Source: Macrostomum lignano
Lineage: Eukaryota
NCBI GenBank assembly: GCA_002269645.1
Contig: NIVC01001231.1
Span: 79,440 to 143,439 of the forward strand
Direction: 5' to 3'
Length of the DNA: 64,000 bases
Of the stretch, positions 11,585 to 25,407 are shown one piece after another (the stretch's first letter is position 1; each line of letters starts with the position of its first letter). The notes below the pieces were generated by a model. The model saw only the letters and a program-made list of their open reading frames with translations, was not told the DNA's origin and ran no database searches. The position numbers were made by a program, and so were the translations under genes.

Positions 11585-14500
11585 TATGTGGCCATTTTGA
11601 TAGTGTGGCCATTTTGATAGTGTGGCCATTCTGTCGTGAGGCCGTTTTGCATATAGCTATTTTGACGTGGATTACAAGTTCTATACCTTGCTTAGGCTAT
11701 CTCTAATAGAGATACACACAATTATGCATCAAGCCATGGCAGACTCTTGCCTATCATATGATACTGTTTGCTGCTAGATTGCAAATGTTTTTGATGGCAA
11801 TAAGGACATTCAAGATTAACCTCAAAGTAGAAAGCCTTGATAGCGCAAACAATACAATTGGTGCAGAAGACAAAAGTTGTTTTGCAAAAGGATTGAAACC
11901 ATCTTCTCATGGGTCTAGGAAATTCTTCCACACATGCCTTATTTGCTAGATCTTAGCATGCGACTTTTTTCTTTTCCCAGGATCAAGGAGACAATATGAG
12001 GGCGAGGCTAACATTTTAGCAGCAAGGAGGAAGTCAATGTCCAATGAGGCTTATCACGAAGGAATGATAGCCATAACAAGGAGCAGCATAAGTGCCAGCA
12101 TTGATGGACTTGTGCGATAGTGGGAAATGCCTTGAGGCTGGCAGCAAATATTTTGAGAGATGAGATATAGAGGTCAGACGGGATCCCAATCCCAATCCTG
12201 AAATCTTGGGATCCCGAGGAAAATTGAATTCCTGCGGGACCAGAATCCCGACCCTAAAAAACTCGAGGTTCGGGAACAGGTCTTTTGATTAATAATTTAT
12301 ATAGAATTAGTGATTACTTGAAAGTATTTTGCTTTAACTTATACTCGTTACATTATTTACTTTGTTGGTTACAAAACTTCATATCAATTTTGTTGTGTTT
12401 TACTTCTTGATATTGACAATCTTTTCTCAATTTTGTTTAACTTTATAGAGTTTTATCTTTTAATATCGCTTAGTTTTATGTTTATGTTTATAATTATAGT
12501 CTAAAAGAGGCTAGACTAAGCCTCTAAAAGAGGTATAAGCATGCGAGGTTTATCTTTAGTTGTTTGCTTCTCATTCGGAAGTGTATTTGAAGAATCTGTA
12601 CTATATTATAATAGGCGTAGCTAAGCAAATATCTTAATAGGCTTAAAATAAAACTTAAAACTTAAACTTAAAAAAAATTAAAAATATTTTGCTAACAAAC
12701 TAGTACAAAAATAATACTTACGATGTAGCTTCACCCAAAAAGTACTGGCTGGATTACACTTTCAGATTGTTACACGATCGTCTTTTTCTCCACAAAAACC
12801 CTGCAGCTGAGTAAGTAATTAATACGAATTAGCGTCCGACGCACCTTTGTTTAAAAAAGTGGGACTTTTAAAATACTATAACAATAAAGTAAACTATAAG
12901 AAAGTTTGATAAAAACTCTTTAATACTAAAATCAGTCGAACTAAATAGGTTTGTGTTACAATCAGATATTGCGAGTTTTTTAATAGAAATACTAAGCATT
13001 GCCCACGTAGTTTTTACTCCCCCACCAGAACCAGAACAAAGCAAGCCATGCACTAAATTTAAGAACGTACTACTAATATAAGTTTTTTGTGCACCTTCTT
13101 AAAGAAAAACCGAGTCGGCCGCCCTCAGGACCATTAAGATATTCAACGATTCTACCAGAAGTCATTGAAACTTTCCATAAGTGCTAGTACAGTTTACATG
13201 TATTATCACACAATCAGCACAGTTCACACGTTCGGCCAGCTTGGGAAGCCTCCAAGTTTAAATAGCACGTCGACCGCATATGTATGCATCAGCTTTGACT
13301 TTGTTGGTCCAGTTTGCAAGTGGTTGTCCATCGATCACATGGTGTCACTCATTGAAGAAGGCGCGACGGCGTTTGAATGACAATTCAGAATACATGTATT
13401 TGATGGGTTCGGCCTTTTTCAGCCTACAGCTTCGGGCCTCAGAACTCAGAAATGAATCACTTAGAACTCTGGCCTCTCACTCTTGTCAGATGGTCAGCCC
13501 TATGGTAGCTAGACTGTGGGCGAGCAGCTAGGTCCTAATAGCTAAGAGAAGACAGCGAGAGACAAGCAGGGAGAATTTGAAAGGTAGAGATTAGCTAATC
13601 CGCAGATTAACTAACCCGCTGCCACCCGTCCGTGCGCCCCGGCTCACCATACCGGAGCTATCGAAATCGGACTTCCAACGTATTAGAGGGGCACTGCATT
13701 TACCTGTCATCTAGTGCCTTTTAGCTGTCTAAATCTCGAAGTCATAGCCGAATAGAAGGGACGCTGCTGGGACTAAGATCGCATTGGCCATGCAGGGACA
13801 GAGAGGACTTCTGCAGGGGGTTCTTGCGCTGGCGAGCCTCTATACACTACTAAATGTACTATTTCATTACCAAATTCCCAGCTAAGTACATGTATAAGTA
13901 CACGCAACTACACGCTTTTGGCACTAAATGTGTTAACGCGTCGACAGATAGCGATGATGTAGATGTAATGTTACTTTTGGAGACCTTCTGACTAATATTT
14001 ATCTCGTTTTAGCCGCTTAGCTGCCTGAGACCGCGCGAAAGCGCCAGTCTGGCACTAATAATTCGCATGCTTATCATGATTTCTGAGAACGACTGATTGA
14101 CTGGGAACTGCGCCGCTTCTGGTCCACTGTGACCTCTGCCCCTAGATCTAACCACTCATCTCAGCTGGCATTGCGAAAAAAGAAAGAAAACATTAAGCCT
14201 TTAACTTCCAGATTTAACTTTCTCGCTTAATCCGCAATCCTAGACACTTTAGATTGAGTTAGAGCGAATGGCTACTTTTAATATTAACTGACATGACACT
14301 TCTGCCTCGAGTTTGGCACACAAAAGCAAGTAAGCAAAAGTGCAAATCCTATCAGACTACCTAGGAAGGGGTCAGACAAAGGGCGCACCCAGTTAAGCAG
14401 GTCAAGAAAGCCTCTCACCAAACCAATCAGAGGACCTATCTGCCGGTAGCCAAGGAATCCACAGAGACCGCAGCGCTCGGATGGGATGCTGCTGCTGATC

Positions 14501-14745
14501 TTAACTGACGAGTGCCGCCGGTACTCTTCACCTGCCAGTTGTCGTTGCTGCTCTTAGATCACTGCCGGGAAATATCGATGATGCTTCTCAGGGGGAACTT
14601 AGCTGCTGAAGCTGCTGCTGCCGGGGGAAGGGGGACCAGACGTCGAAGACGCAGCAGATGCCGAAGGGGCCGTCTAAGACGGGGTTAGGACCGTGCAAGA
14701 AGGGAGGTCCAAGCAGGCCTTTTCGAGCGCGGGTCGAGTTGCCGC

Positions 14746-14880
14746 CTTTTATAGCTCTCATGCGGCCGATTTGTTATAACGTGCGCCGAATTTTCTGATT
14801 GGCTGAGAGCTTTTGTTAAAATAGGCGCCGAATTTTCTGATTGGTCGAGCCGGGGGCAGTCAGGTCGACTCTGATTGGCT
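14746..14880 (-). promoter_or_regulatory. Promoter-like cluster: three CCAAT boxes upstream of TATAAAA, in an unclassified GC-rich segment (possibly LTR-derived)
   Basis: Plus-strand CTGATTGG at about 14795, 14837 and 14871 and CTTTTATAG at 14746-14754; no downstream ORF found. Confidence 0.35.
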
Positions 14881-16401
14881 GAGCTCAAGACCACAATACC
14901 CACCCCACCAGGTGGCCTTCAGACCCCAGGGAAGATGACAGGTGCGGTCATAAATCATGCGCAAAACATAATCAAAGCCACTTGTCTAGACATCCTGGCG
15001 CCAAAAGTGACAGCAAAACACCCATAAATTAAAAGAGAAAGCAACAGAGCGAGTGGGGAGAAAGCTGGAAAGACCTCTTTGACCCAGACAGGCTGGAGTC
15101 AAAAGTGACAGCTAGACGGCCATAAATCACTGAAAACAGTGAAAAAGCCGCAAATCTGGGGGTCAGAATGGGGTTGAAAACGCCCCTCCCAGACTTAGTG
15201 TCGCCTGTCTAGACTGCTAGAGGTCAATCCGTCTCAAACCCAGTCAGTCTGACCTTCAAAGATGCGTAAACAATCCAAAATTAGAATCCTAAGAGAAGTA
15301 CATTGAGTATTTATCATAATTAATAGTGATGGCATAAATTAGTGTAGAACTTAGCCTGGATGAGAGAATGGAGAGAGATTCCTAAGCTAGCCTACTGACA
15401 GTAGGGGAAAAGCGCATCGAAGCGAAATGTGCGGTTTAAGGTTGCAAAAAGATGCGTCCTCATCATATTTGCTTGAGACTGTAATTGAAGATACATTACC
15501 TGTACATGTACATATGTTGAAGCTTGCATCGAGGCTTGATCAGCCTAACTAGATAAATTCACGATAGGGTGTCCATAGTCATCTGGTGCCATCTGTCGAA
15601 TGTTCAAAAAGCCTCTCATAACTTCGATTACTGAACTTTCCAGAAAGTGTCAATTCAGCAGCTGAACTTTCCCGGACGCCTGTATATCATTGCAAATCGT
15701 TTCACTACCAATTACCTACGAGTAGGTAGTACGCCGGTGGAATTTGTGTTACTCGTATTGCATTTCTATAGTTTTCATTCTTTTTATTACGGGCGGTCTA
15801 ACTACGTGGCGCTTTCATCTCGGCAAGGTTTGAAGAGGCGACTGCTGCGTGCCATTCTACACAACATTTCATACTCGGGTTTGCATGTTTATTTTCTGAA
15901 ATAGTTTGTGAATAATTCAACATGATGGTCGGTTTTTCACCAATGTATCTTGTCAGACGCTTTCAGCAAATAAGACACAATTTATGCCGACTTGCTCCTC
16001 GACCCTTGTTCGATCGTGAAGCTCAAAGCGAGCATTATGGACAAACCGCTGCAGCTTTGTGCATAGTATTTGCTTACAGATCCAACCATACCGTTTTGAT
16101 TCTAGTCGGAGCTGACTTTGTCCTAGAGCAGGGGTTGGCAAACAATTTTTTACCTCAAGGGTCAGATAGAGAAACAGGGACTACTCAAACACGAGTAGTT
16201 TGAGTAGTCCCTGTAGAGAATCTAGTGACATGACTGCGGGCCAGAGGAGGGGAGAGAGGAAAGGGTCTAGGGGGGAATACAGAAGAGACGAGAGAAATAG
16301 GAGGAAGGAGAGGCGAACCAATAATGAAGAGGAAAGGAGAGAAAAGAAAGAGGAGATCAGGAGAGAAGAAGAGAGGGGAGAAGAGAAGAGAAAATATTAT
16401 T

Positions 16402-16830
<429 letters not shown>

Positions 16831-16864
16831 GTCACGGCGTATTAAAATATTATTTTAGAAAATA

Positions 16865-16902
16865 GGCTACCGGTTTCAAGCCTCTGGGCTCTTCGTCAGG
16901 CC
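16865..16902 (-). ncRNA. Minimal type I hammerhead ribozyme at the Penelope 3' end
   Basis: Minus strand GGC CUGACGA A GAGCC CAGA GGCUU GAA ACCGGU A GCC: stem I GGC/GCC, 5-bp stem II, palindromic stem III ACCGGU, cleavage triplet GUA. Confidence 0.8.
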
Positions 16903-17244
16903 AAAAATCTGTGGTGCAAAGCAAGTTGGTCTTTTAAGTATTATTTTTCTTAGTCTGATAAAATTGATGAGTAGTTGTACATATGAAGGATGTACATTTA
17001 AAACCCTGTTTTGTCTGGCTCTAACTTGACCCAGAGGCTTTTCACCATTCATTTCAATCGACGGTATATTTAGTATATTAAAAAATTGTTTTTTCGAAGT
17101 ACGATTAAATAAAATGCGGTATTGAGGGTGGGAGCATAAAAATCGATATTTGTGCGTACAATTAAGCAGTTTGAATAAAATACACGACAAAGTGAATAAA
17201 TATTGTAGTTCAATAGGTAAAAAGAGCGCATTGGTTAAAACGAT

Positions 17245-19431
17245 TCAATGGTTTCCTGGCTGAGACTTAAACTTATTGGGAGCCAGGAGGCTCTGTAAAT
17301 TTCGTTGCCGTGTAAATGCGGGCAGTATGCGGGAGCCTGGTTTATTTTGTAGCTTCTCAAAGTTTTTAGCTATCTCGTTGGCAAGCCAGACCGTAGATGG
17401 GTGAAAAGGAAGGACCAGTGGGATGGGTCGGAGATGATTGTCAACCCTGATGTTCGTACCTGGCGGTTTGCCAGTCCCCAGTTTTTTAATCCAGATTGGT
17501 TCCCTTAGTTCGATTTTGTAGTTATTAAGAACTTGTTCGATAGCAATGGAGACAAAGTTTGCAATCGAGTGATTGGGGGTGAGAAAGTGCTCTGACCCCG
17601 AAGTCACGACCCTCCTGTTAATATTTGACCTGTGTTGGTTCATTCTATCTCTCTTTGTTCTTCTAGTCATCCCTACATAGAAGATTTTCCCAGGGTGGCA
17701 CTGGTTGAAGGAGATGCCAAAGATGATGCTCTTGGAGCCACAGGACAGGCTCTGAGAGATTAAAAAACCAGAAGCCGGTTTCAGCCCCTGGGCGGAGAGA
17801 GCAGGCGGTGAGTGAGTGCAGCATTTGCAGCGGGATGACCCACAGGGATGGAACCCTTTGGGAAGCAGACCCAGATTGGTCGTTGGTCCCGCAGTCCAGT
17901 TCATAAGTTTGAGGACCTCCTTTTTGCAGTTTCTAATAAAAATCTTCAAGTAGCCTAATTGCTTGAGTTCCGATTTTAAAGAATTGAAAGCATCGTTGAA
18001 AGACTTGTAGTCATCACAGATACAGGCGTACCGAAGGACTTGGGATTTTACTACCCCCTTGAAGGTGTGTGACGGATGGAAGGACTGTCGGTGCAACAAT
18101 CTATGAGTGTCTGTTTCTTTTGAAAACAGTTGTGTAGTGAAGCGGTTTTCAGCTTTCTTGATGGTCCTGTCAAGGAAACTGACCTCAGTTGATGAGGAGC
18201 TGACGGTGAGTTTGATGTTGGGGTTGATTGAATTTAGGTGTCGAACAAATTCTGTCAGAGCTTCAGCCGGGTGGTTCCAGTGAATGAATATATTATCTAT
18301 GTACCTAAAGTAAATTTTCGGCTTATAAAGAGCTGTTCTCAGGGCAGTTTCCTCCCAGAGGCTCATGAACAGACAGGCATAGCTGGGCGCAAATTTGCGC
18401 CCCATGGCTGTACCTCTAAGTTGTAGGAAGATCATTTTGTCAAATTCAAAGTCATTCCTGTACAAACACAGTTCCAGTAGCTTTATTATTTTAGCATCCG
18501 GTCTAATGGGATCCGGGTATCGGTTAAAGAATTCCTGGATCGCTGCAATGCCCTGGTCTATGGGGATCATGGAGTATAGACTCTGGGCATCACAGGTTGC
18601 CAGAGTCGAACCTTCCGTGCAGCTTTTATCCATAAGGTGTGCCTTGAAGTCATACGAGTCCTTAACGAAAGTGGGTTGCGCTTGGGCAATCGGTTTAAGA
18701 AAGAAGTCTATGTACTTTTCTGCCCCAATTGCTTCAGAACTGCATCCGCTAACAATAGGTCTGCCTGCTGGGACCCGAAAGGGGATCAGCCAGGTGGCCG
18801 GGTCCTTGTGAATTTTGGGGAGCAGGTAGAAATGCCGGGGACGGAAGTTCTCTCCGGGACAAAGAAAAGAAAACTGTTTCTTAGATATGAACTTTCTGTT
18901 ACATAAATCGAGGAAGATCCTCCTGATAAGTTCCGCAGTCTCGGGTTGCAGTGGCTGGTCCAGCTGTTGATAGGCATTAGTGTCCAGCAATTGGTTGTAG
19001 GCTGCGAATTCGTAATCCTTGGGGTGCATGATGACCACTGCGTTACCTTTGTCCGCCTTTTTTATTAGGACGGAGCTGTTTCGCTTGAGCCCCTAAATCG
19101 CTCTGGTCTCTGGTACCTCTAGGTTGCCTTTGATCTGTACCGTTGTCAAATTATCTACCAGTTTTTTGTTCTCAAGCACAAACAAGTTGCACTCATCCCT
19201 TCTAAGTCTGCGGGGGACCTCCTTCCCTGATTTCCCGGTGAAAGGGGGCGGGCTGGTATTGGCGAGACCCCTCTTTTTGAAAAAGTCTTTCCAGAAAAGT
19301 TTACGATGAAATTCCGTCACGCAGTTCCTCAGATCCTCGAAATCAAGGGCTTGGGTTGGGATAAAATTGAGTCCCCTATCTAGCAGCCTCGTCTCAGATT
19401 CAGAGAGTTTGAAGGTGGGGTGTAGATTCAA
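17245..19431 (-). pseudogene. Penelope RT-GIY-YIG ORF with a premature stop and a catalytic D-to-N change
   Basis: The 112-aa and 597-aa ORFs are in the same frame and separated by one TAG. Confidence 0.88.
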
Positions 19432-19847
19432 AATGCTGCCTTCCAGGTTGGGAAGCCTACAGTAGTCAGCTAGTTTAAAGTTCTCAGCCAGGAAGCCAGC
19501 GCCAGTATAAAGTCAGGCGCTGAGAAGGATACAATTGGTTTAAGAGGAGGAGAGGCAATAAAAGTAACAGGTGAGAGTTTCTTACTCAGAATTTGAGTCG
19601 AATCTTCACCGCTGGCAAAGGGCGGAACCAGAAGGATCTTACGTGCCAGACTGTCCGCTCTTAGTAGATCGATGGCCTCAGAGAGCCACTCTAGCCAGTG
19701 GTCTGTGCTGAGCAGCTCGTCCGGCAGGACCAGCACCGTTGACCGAGCGCATTGCCGGTTCCGCAGGGCGGCCGACCTCAGTAGGGATGGTAAGGTTGAC
19801 AGTGAGTACACATGCACCTCTGTGATTGCCGGCAGTTTGAGGCCCTC

Positions 19848-19850
19848 GAA

Positions 19851-19903
<53 letters not shown>

Positions 19904-19908
19904 AAGAG

Positions 19909-19939
<31 letters not shown>

Positions 19940-19964
19940 GAGTGAGAAAGAGAGAAAGAGAGAA

Positions 19965-20004
<40 letters not shown>

Positions 20005-20005
20005 C

Positions 20006-20036
<31 letters not shown>

Positions 20037-20060
20037 CGAGAGAGAGAGAGAGAGAGAGAA
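19848..20060. repeat. (GA)n microsatellite, degenerate
   Basis: Direct inspection. Confidence 0.98.
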
Positions 20061-20717
20061 AGCTGAGCCACAAGCCTTGAGCGGGCCGAATTCAAAGGAC
20101 CCGAGGGCCGGAGTTTGCCGACCCCTGTCCTACAGATACATGTCACTATAATTGTGCTCAAGGTCACTCACCTTTGTCAAATTCGAAAAGCAAGCGCAAG
20201 TTTTTCCATGGATGAAGGAATCATATTATTCATGCCAAAAGAGTATGGATATTGCTTAGAGATACATGTAGAGTGCCAATAAAACCGAAAAGTTAAAGCC
20301 AATTTTCGAGCTTCCACCCACACCGTCCGGTAACCGAGGATGTACGAGGCCCAATATGTCTGTGGCTCAATACTCGCCCAATTCAAAGTCTCTTTTGTTA
20401 CATTTCACGCTTGAAACGTACACGAGCTCATATATTCACCAAAAATCACCTCACGAAAAACGTCATTGATGAGAAACTGCTACTTTATTAGGATCAGCGT
20501 GTTATAGATTGAATAGAGATGAAACTCTAGGAATGATAGAGCAGTTCAGAGCCGAATTTCGATTGGTCGACCAGTGTTTGGTGGTATGTTTCACTTTTTT
20601 AAATGAATGTAGAATGCATGCAGCCAAATTTTGGCATGGACCGAGCATACTGCAGACGAAACTCCACTTTAATGATCAATTAGCCGATATCAAAAGCTCA
20701 TTGAAGGTATTTTGAAA

Positions 20718-23700
20718 ATGAAGTTTCTGTCGGGAATACTCGTCAATATTTTTGCGATTGCGATAGCGATGGTCGCTGTCGAGCCGCTTGAATTCGAGGA
20801 GGCGTCCAGCAGTGACGAAATGATCTGGAATCTGCTGCAGCTAGGCAGAAAATACAATAAAGCTGTTCGGCCGCCGCCAGATTACAACACAACCAATGTG
20901 GTCTACATCAACTTTATTGTTGTCAAGCTGCTAGGAATTGTGAGTTATAATGAACTATTAAATACCTTTGAATTTACACAAAGTGAAACAAGTCCTTTTC
21001 CTGATTTCTCGCTTGATTTTGCCTTACAAAAATTCTTTAGATGTAGTTTTATTACTTTGTCTATCAGAATTACATGCTCCACCCACTCGTCGCAACCGGG
21101 CCCTCACGCCTACGCACTAAATTTTGACGGCTTTGCGATTCTACGCAAAGATTAATGTAAAGATTAATGCTTAGATTAATGTAAGATCGTATTATAGGCA
21201 AAGATTTAGAGTGAAAGAGCTGTCTGTGTGCAGAGCGGCGTTGGTACCACTTGACCAAATTAGACTGACGAGACGTCTATGGGAGAACTTCCAAATTTTG
21301 GACTAAATAAAGTTCTTTCCATTCATACCCTTTTACGCACTGGTTGATTAATTACCAACGCTGACTCAGTTTTCATCATGGCTTTATAAAATAGGATTTC
21401 AATCGATTGATAACTGGTGGGCCATCTGCGATTTTTAACCATAGATTTTTTACCAAGGCGTTATAAAATTGGCCCCAGTGGACACGCAACGTTCAAAGTT
21501 ATATTTTTGCACAAAATATAGGACTGTTCATAAGACAACGATTCAGCTTTGGAGCCGTCACCAGACGTTTGTCTGATGTCCTAAAAAGTCTATGGTGAAT
21601 GGGCATTTCTCAACTTACGTCAACTAATGCCGACGTACCGAAAACTTAATATATAGATTTTGCAAATTCCAAAAAAATTGTTTTCTCGTCGTCTTTGGTG
21701 CTTTTTCATGACGTCTGCTGTACGTCGGCTTAACGTATAACTACTCATTTCTATAACGAGAGTCCGTTGCAGGACGTCAGAAACGTCTGGAGCTGACGTC
21801 GCTTTATAGACGAGCACGAGCTGAAAGATCGCTTTACAAAGCCGAATCTCTTATCAATATTTAGTTCAAAAATATAACTTTGAACGTGTGTATCCACAGG
21901 TGAGGTGGTCGTGGCTACGTGTCTACAGCAGATAAATATTTGTTTGTAGATTGCGTGGCTTCTGCTCCGTAGAGCATTCTGGCGTTCGTCCGATGTTTCA
22001 GATGTCTATTGTCTGTTGTATAACGTCGGATGCGTCGGTGGAATCCGGATAGAGGAAATATTTTATTGGCACCAATTTAGACCATAAATTATAAGAAGCC
22101 AACTGATAAAGTCAGTAAATGGCACTACAGATGCAAGGCAACCCATAGCAATTCTCTCAGAAACTTCGAGCTCGAAATTGCATGTAAAACAATTGGTATA
22201 CAATTTCGATACCACAATTATTTTAATTGCTTTTCCCCAATAGCTAAAATGGTTATACCGCTCTATTTCAGAACGAAGTTGCTCAGCACATGTCGCTGGA
22301 AGGCTTTACCGAAATGGTAAGTGGAACAATTTATTGCGCCCAGCTCGACTAATAGCCTGCACAAACACGCAGAGCTTCCACCATGCTTCAGATTTCAAAT
22401 TGCTCACATCCGTGCGCCGAACTTTAACCAGCGTCACCGAACTATGCTGCCTATTTGGGTGGATTAGGGATTGTCTGAAGCTCATGAAAGCTGCACCCCT
22501 TCGATAAACATTACCGCAGGAATGGAACGACTACCGTCTAGCCTGGTACGACAGATACAATGGAACGTTCAACCACATAACGGTCATCTATTTGCCGCGA
22601 TCTTCCATCTGGATACCCGATGTGATCACGATAAACACGTGAGATGGGCTCTAGAATCTACTTTAATAATAACAATTATAACACTTCTTTAGTTTCGTCG
22701 AGTGAGCAGTTAATTGAAGACATCGGAATTGACCGAGCAAGTATTTGTTTTGGTCCGAGGTTGACTCACAGGTGAAGGATAACTAATTTTTGAAAAATAT
22801 GTCCTCAAAAAGGAATTAGCAATCATTATCAGCCATTTGCGCATTAATTCCGTGAACCGGGTTTTCGTGAATTCGGTTTTGCCTTGCTTGACACTCAGAA
22901 GTCCTGTAGCCAGTAGGTGAGCTATCGGAATTTTAGCATTTGAAAGCAATCAGAGAACTGTGTATCCAACTTTACCTGTAATCCGATTTGCAGCGAAAAC
23001 AGGCATTTAATACGTGAAAATCGTGATTTACGAGTGTAGCTAGCATACTTTTACTTTGATTGCCCATTGCGCCATCGTATAATGCAATAATTACAGTTGA
23101 TGCTCAACCAATAACCAATAACTTCGATTCAAGAGTCGAGCACAAAGAGTCAACTCAGCCGTTGTCCGCCATTGTGCTGGCCGACGGTCGCGTTTTCACC
23201 AGTTCGCCGTTCAATACGCGAACCCTGTGCGACATCAACATGCTGTACTTCCCGTTCGACACCCAGGTCTGCAGAGTGGTGTTCGGCAGCTGGCTGATGG
23301 TCAGGGCGGACCTGGAGCTCCGGGTGCTCAACAAGAACGCATCATCGGTTCTGGCACCGGACACTCTTCGTCAGCAGAACATCGAGAGTGATGAATACTG
23401 CATAACAAAGAGCGACTTCTGGGTGACACCAGTAACCGATCTCGGCGCATGCCAGGAGGCAGTTTTCACAATCGTCATTCAGGTAGGGCATCAGTCAGCA
23501 CCAATTCTAATGATACTTATGAGCTCGGATTTGCTCAGATGAACATGGACTCGGAGCAGTTCCAACAGATATCGGCATGAATCTCATTTTAGCGAAAGCC
23601 GCTCTTCTACGTGATGAACCTCATCATGCCGAGCTTCCTGATCCTCATCATCTGCGCGTTCAGCTTCTTCCTGCCGCCAGACACTGGCGACCGGCTGTCG

Positions 23701-24564
23701 TTAAACATCACCTTGATGCTCACGCTCATGGTGTTCATGCAGATTGTGGCTGGATACACGCCCGCTCAGAGCGACAGTGTGCCAATGCTCAGTGAGTACC
23801 AGAAACTGTGGATTAAGGGTCAAAACTTTGAGAAACGTTTGCCGAGATCCTTCAAAATTATTCGACGTTAAGCAGATTCGAAACTGCATTATCGACCTCA
23901 CTACTTCCGACCGTTTTAGTAGTACCATGTAATAATTGCTTTCTTTCCCTTTGCAGCCAGATTCTTTGCCATAGTTGTCGCCATTTCGGCCGTGTCAACG
24001 CTGGGCAGCGTGTTCCAGCTGTACTGCTGCTACAGGGGCCACGAGGCGAGGTCGTCATCCGGCCCGATGCGAACTGCTCAAGCCGCGTGCTGCTCCTGCC
24101 GAGCCGGACGAGACAGAAAAAATAACACTGATTCGGCCAGAGGGACTGAAGAAGAAGTAATTGTGAGTTCAGAATGGACGAATGACTTAATTAATATGTT
24201 TCTTGGTGTACCTGTTGTGCACACTGATTGAAAGTGCTAGAAACCAGAAAATCTCTCACCTCGGGCCTCTAGTAGATTTGTTGCATTTGTTAGATTTTTT
24301 AGTTCTGTAGCGTCCCGTTATTTAGTTGCTCACAGGGACACAAGTAGAAGTTTTTTAGTAGCCAGAGAGGTCACCACAGCTACACTCTCCCCGCACTCTC
24401 TACAGCAGCCACACGCCGACGCTTCACAGGCTGCGGGCGAAAACCTTTGGCTGGTCATTGGACGCAGACTCGACTGGATTCTATTCGTTGCCATGGTAAC
24501 AGCAATATCGTCGCTAGTCGTGTTCATCTGCCATTTTCGAAATCCAGACTATCTGGCCTGTTAA
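20718..24564 (+). CDS. Nicotinic acetylcholine receptor-like Cys-loop channel subunit (exons about 20718-20939, 22272-22316, 22520-22638, 23134-23482, 23593-23791, 23957-24162, 24406-24564)
   Basis: Signal peptide, YNKAVRP, WNDYRLAW, IWIPD, Cys-loop CDINMLYFPFDTQVC, RKPLFYVMNLIMP (TM1), GDRLSLNITLMLTLMVF (TM2), LWLVIGRRLDW (TM4). The exon 4 acceptor and exon 6 donor are less certain. Confidence 0.9.
21475..21900. mobile_element. MITE-like inverted-repeat element in nAChR-like intron 1
   Basis: Ends CCAGTGGACACGCAACGTTCAAAGTTATATTTTTG and the reverse complement CCTGTGGATACACACGTTCAAAGTTATATTTTTG; GACGT-rich interior; no TSD found. Confidence 0.7.
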
Positions 24565-25407
24565 ATATTTGGGCTTTGAGGCTGCTCGTTTCTATGGAAG
24601 CACCTAACTTCTATTCGACAAAAGCACTTCCTTGTAACATCTTTAATCGAATTGAAATAACGTTTAAATAAAACTGACTCGCCTATAATTACTATATGAG
24701 ATAGAAACGGTTTATGCTTCATTTTCAATGCCTAAACTACAGGTCTGTGACCTAAACTCTAACCAAAGCCCCAAACCTAATGCCTTTAACGTATTTTTAG
24801 TCAAGCAAATTTCATTTCTTTTGAATTTCTTTGGAAACAAGGCTCGGTTAATCGGGGGTCTGGATGTCTTTCTTGCTCTGCATCCCAGCTTCTCTTCCCG
24901 TATCCTGTATCTCCCATGTCTTTCTATCTCTCAGGAACATAAGAATAAACTCTACACCAAATGATAAGATGTCACTTATTCCCATCTCAAAGCTAAACTC
25001 CCTGCTTTGCTCCTGTAGTTTTTTGTCGATTTGATGTCGCGAAAGAATCGTCTGGGAAACAACTTCACGAATCTGGTGAGCTGGTGCTGAGCTGGTGCTA
25101 AGCTGCACCCACGAATACCGCTGAAATGGGAAACAACGGAAGTGAAGCCGCTCTCCACGAAGAATAGCTTTTTTTAAAGACAATGCCGTCAATACAGAAA
25201 GTAGCAGAAAGCATCAAAACAGTGACTCCGGGTCACCCGCGTGGCATTCCCGGCTCAGCGTATCCTGACTGACATCCTGCCTGCGGAATTTTCTATTTTT
25301 TCGATTATCGATTTCTGCCGTATATATCAGGAAGAGTTTCAGTCTCTGGGAGTCGATGCGCGAGAGTCAATGTCATTGTGAAAGCAGAAAGTCTGTTCGG
25401 CCAAAAA

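Larger units (their letters stand above)
9614..11674. mobile_element. Non-autonomous MULE-like element hosting the maT insertion
   Basis: Degenerate inverted ends built of AAAATGGCCAC motifs (about 9614-9700 vs 11590-11674), flanked by a 9-bp direct repeat CAAGTTCTA at 9605-9613 and 11675-11683. Confidence 0.65.
16831..19847 (-). mobile_element. Penelope-like retroelement, Neptune type (RT + Cys linker + GIY-YIG), defective copy
   Basis: LLDRGLNFIPT, IKKADKG, LPKIHK, GTAMG, YFRYIDNIF (YIDD to YIDN), CGSSRCKCC linker, FYVGMTRRT..RMNQHRSNI; in-frame TAG at 19095-19093. Confidence 0.93.

Noticed and set aside
11700-12120. Weak resemblance to a tyrosine-recombinase or transposase remnant
   Set aside because: Too degraded to assign by eye.
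14505-14540. CTGACGA followed by a stem, as a possible second hammerhead
   Set aside because: No GAAA after stem II and no stem III or cleavage triplet.
13540-15300. Possible LTR with a primer-binding site (TGGCGCC near 14996)
   Set aside because: No paired LTR, gag/pol ORF or TSD found; only the promoter-like motifs were kept at low confidence.
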